A DNA stretch of 64,000 nt from Octopus sinensis (lineage: Eukaryota), in assembly GCF_006345805.1 (NCBI RefSeq), contig NC_043017.1, positions 5,208,001 through 5,272,000 on the forward strand. The letters run 5' to 3'. Made by a program: the position numbers and the translations under genes. Positions 62,404-64,000 of this stretch are shown here, piece by piece. Numbering within the stretch: the stretch's first letter is position 1; every line of letters starts with the position of its first letter. The notes below the pieces were generated by a model. The model was not told the DNA's origin. It did not search any database and saw only the letters and a program-made list of their open reading frames with translations.

Positions 62404-63111
62404 AGTAGTGGTAGGAAAGACAGCAAGAGAGGACACAGTACATTTGTGCTCCAGTTGTTGTAGTATGTTGTTGATTGCCCATAGGGTAATAGTAGCCTGT
62501 CTTTGAGATGTAGGTCTAGGAAGTATGTGTGTATGTGTGTATATGTTTAAAATTGTATTGTGTTTGTGTGTGTGTGAAACAGTTGTACTGTGTCTGTGTA
62601 ACAGCTGTATGTAAACAGTTCTGTAATATGAGTCTAGGAAGTTGAGGGTTTGTGTTTGTGTGTGTGTAACAGTGACATTGTCCTTAAAATGTAAATAGTG
62701 CAGTAATGTGGGTCTCAGATGTGTGTGTGTGTGTAACAGTAGCATTGTTCCGTGTCTGTAAGCAGCACTTTAACGCAGGTCTTGTGTGTGTGTGTGTGTC
62801 TTTGTGTGTAATTAGCTGTTTTAGAGAAGCTAAAGTAGATGTAGTAGTGGTAGGAGAGACAGCAAGAGGGGACATAGTATATTTGTGATCCAGTTATTGC
62901 TGTGTGTTGTTGATAGTCATTTGGGTGATTGCCCTTCTTTGTGATGTAGGTCGTGGATGTGTGTAAGAGCAGTATGTAAACAGAACTGTAACATGAGTCT
63001 AGAATGCGTGAGGGTCTGTGTGTAACAGCAGTGCTGTCCTTAAAGTGTAAATAATGCAATAATGTGGGTCTCAGATGTGTGTGAGAGACATCAGATCTGT
63101 TTCGTAAATCA

Positions 63112-63510
63112 TCATCATCATCATTTAAAGTTCGTTTTCCATGCTGGCATGAGTTGGACAGCTTGACGGGAGCTGGCAAGGCTGGGAGCTGCACCAAGTT
63201 CCACTTGTCTCTTTTTGCATGGTTTCTATGGTTAGTTGCCCTTCCTAATAATGCCAACCACTTTACAAGGTGCGTTGAGTGCTCTCTACATGGGCACCAG
63301 TGTCAGTGATTTTTATGTGGCACCATCATGACTGCTTTTTATGTGGCACCATCACCAGTGCTTTTTATGTGGCACCAGCATCAGTGGTTTCCATGTGGCA
63401 CCATCATGACTGCTTTTTATGTGGCACCATCACAAGTGCTTTTTACATGGAACCATCAGAAGTGCTTTTTATGTGGCACAGCACCAGTGCTTCTTATGTG
63501 GCACTATTTA
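63112..63510 (-). mobile_element. Family D SINE with an expanded, approximately 26-bp internal module
   Basis: (CAT)n tail and V-like block, followed by about 8 copies of a GCACCATCA....TGCTTTTTATGTG-type unit. Confidence 0.75.
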
Positions 63511-64000
63511 AATATTATTACTTCGAGTTGACCTGGCTCTTGGACAGAAATCAGGAACTTTTCTGAGGAAAAGTTTTAACCATTTTATGGTAGCATCCTC
63601 TCCAGGGAAGATTTGTCTCACATCTGTTGAAACTGGAGCTCTTTACAAATTTTATACTTTCTTGAAGAGTTAACTTTAAAGGAAAACAAAAATAAACGTT
63701 TTTCTTTATGTTGGCACCATATGAAGAATGGCAGGGGGGACAGGAATTGTTATTAAATACTTTAAAACCAGCAGCTTTTGAAAAACTAAAGTGGTTGGAG
63801 GTGGGGTGGGGGTGGCATGTGAGATTTCAATTGAAATTCCAATAAGAACCTAAATTCAATATTTTACCAATTCCAAGAATAATTTTTTTTTTTTTTTCAA
63901 ATTTTAAATTCAAATTCAGTTTCATTTTAAAACAGTTGCAAAAAACAAACAAACTAACAAATAAACGAAACCTTTTATTAATTTATAATTTGTTTCTATC

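Overview
This is AT-rich, repeat-saturated eukaryotic DNA, most likely a cephalopod (Octopus). That assignment is inferred from the SINE families and the extreme (TA)n/(CA)n/(GA)n/(TAA)n load, not from a database search. There is no intact recognisable protein-coding gene. Nearly every entry in the ORF track is a microsatellite or SINE read-through. The only real protein homology is in retroelement remnants: an R4/Dong-like C-terminus at 27.3 kb and RTE-like C-termini at 38.6 kb and 62.1 kb. The window holds at least five SINE families (tens of copies) and several DNA-transposon derivatives: Tc1/mariner MITEs, piggyBac-type TTAA MITEs, one hAT end and one non-autonomous Helitron. It also holds Penelope-like fragments (one with a minimal hammerhead ribozyme), a 65-bp minisatellite, and local tandem and inverted duplications. 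The most interesting structures are: (1) a SINE that has folded back on itself into a 102-bp near-perfect hairpin with inward-facing Pol III heads (34756-35014); (2) a second 131-bp, 96%-identical inverted SINE pair (50341-51210); (3) the hammerhead motif (54464-54498); (4) a recursive-splice-site-like acceptor/donor fusion (9553); (5) repeated use of one SINE's internal microsatellite as a landing pad by unrelated elements. Weak evidence points to a spliced, probably non-coding or 5'-UTR, minus-strand transcript with candidate exons at 47.6 kb and 39.4 kb. SINE and microsatellite boundaries are approximate (about +/-10 bp) unless a target-site duplication (TSD) or terminal inverted repeat (TIR) is quoted.
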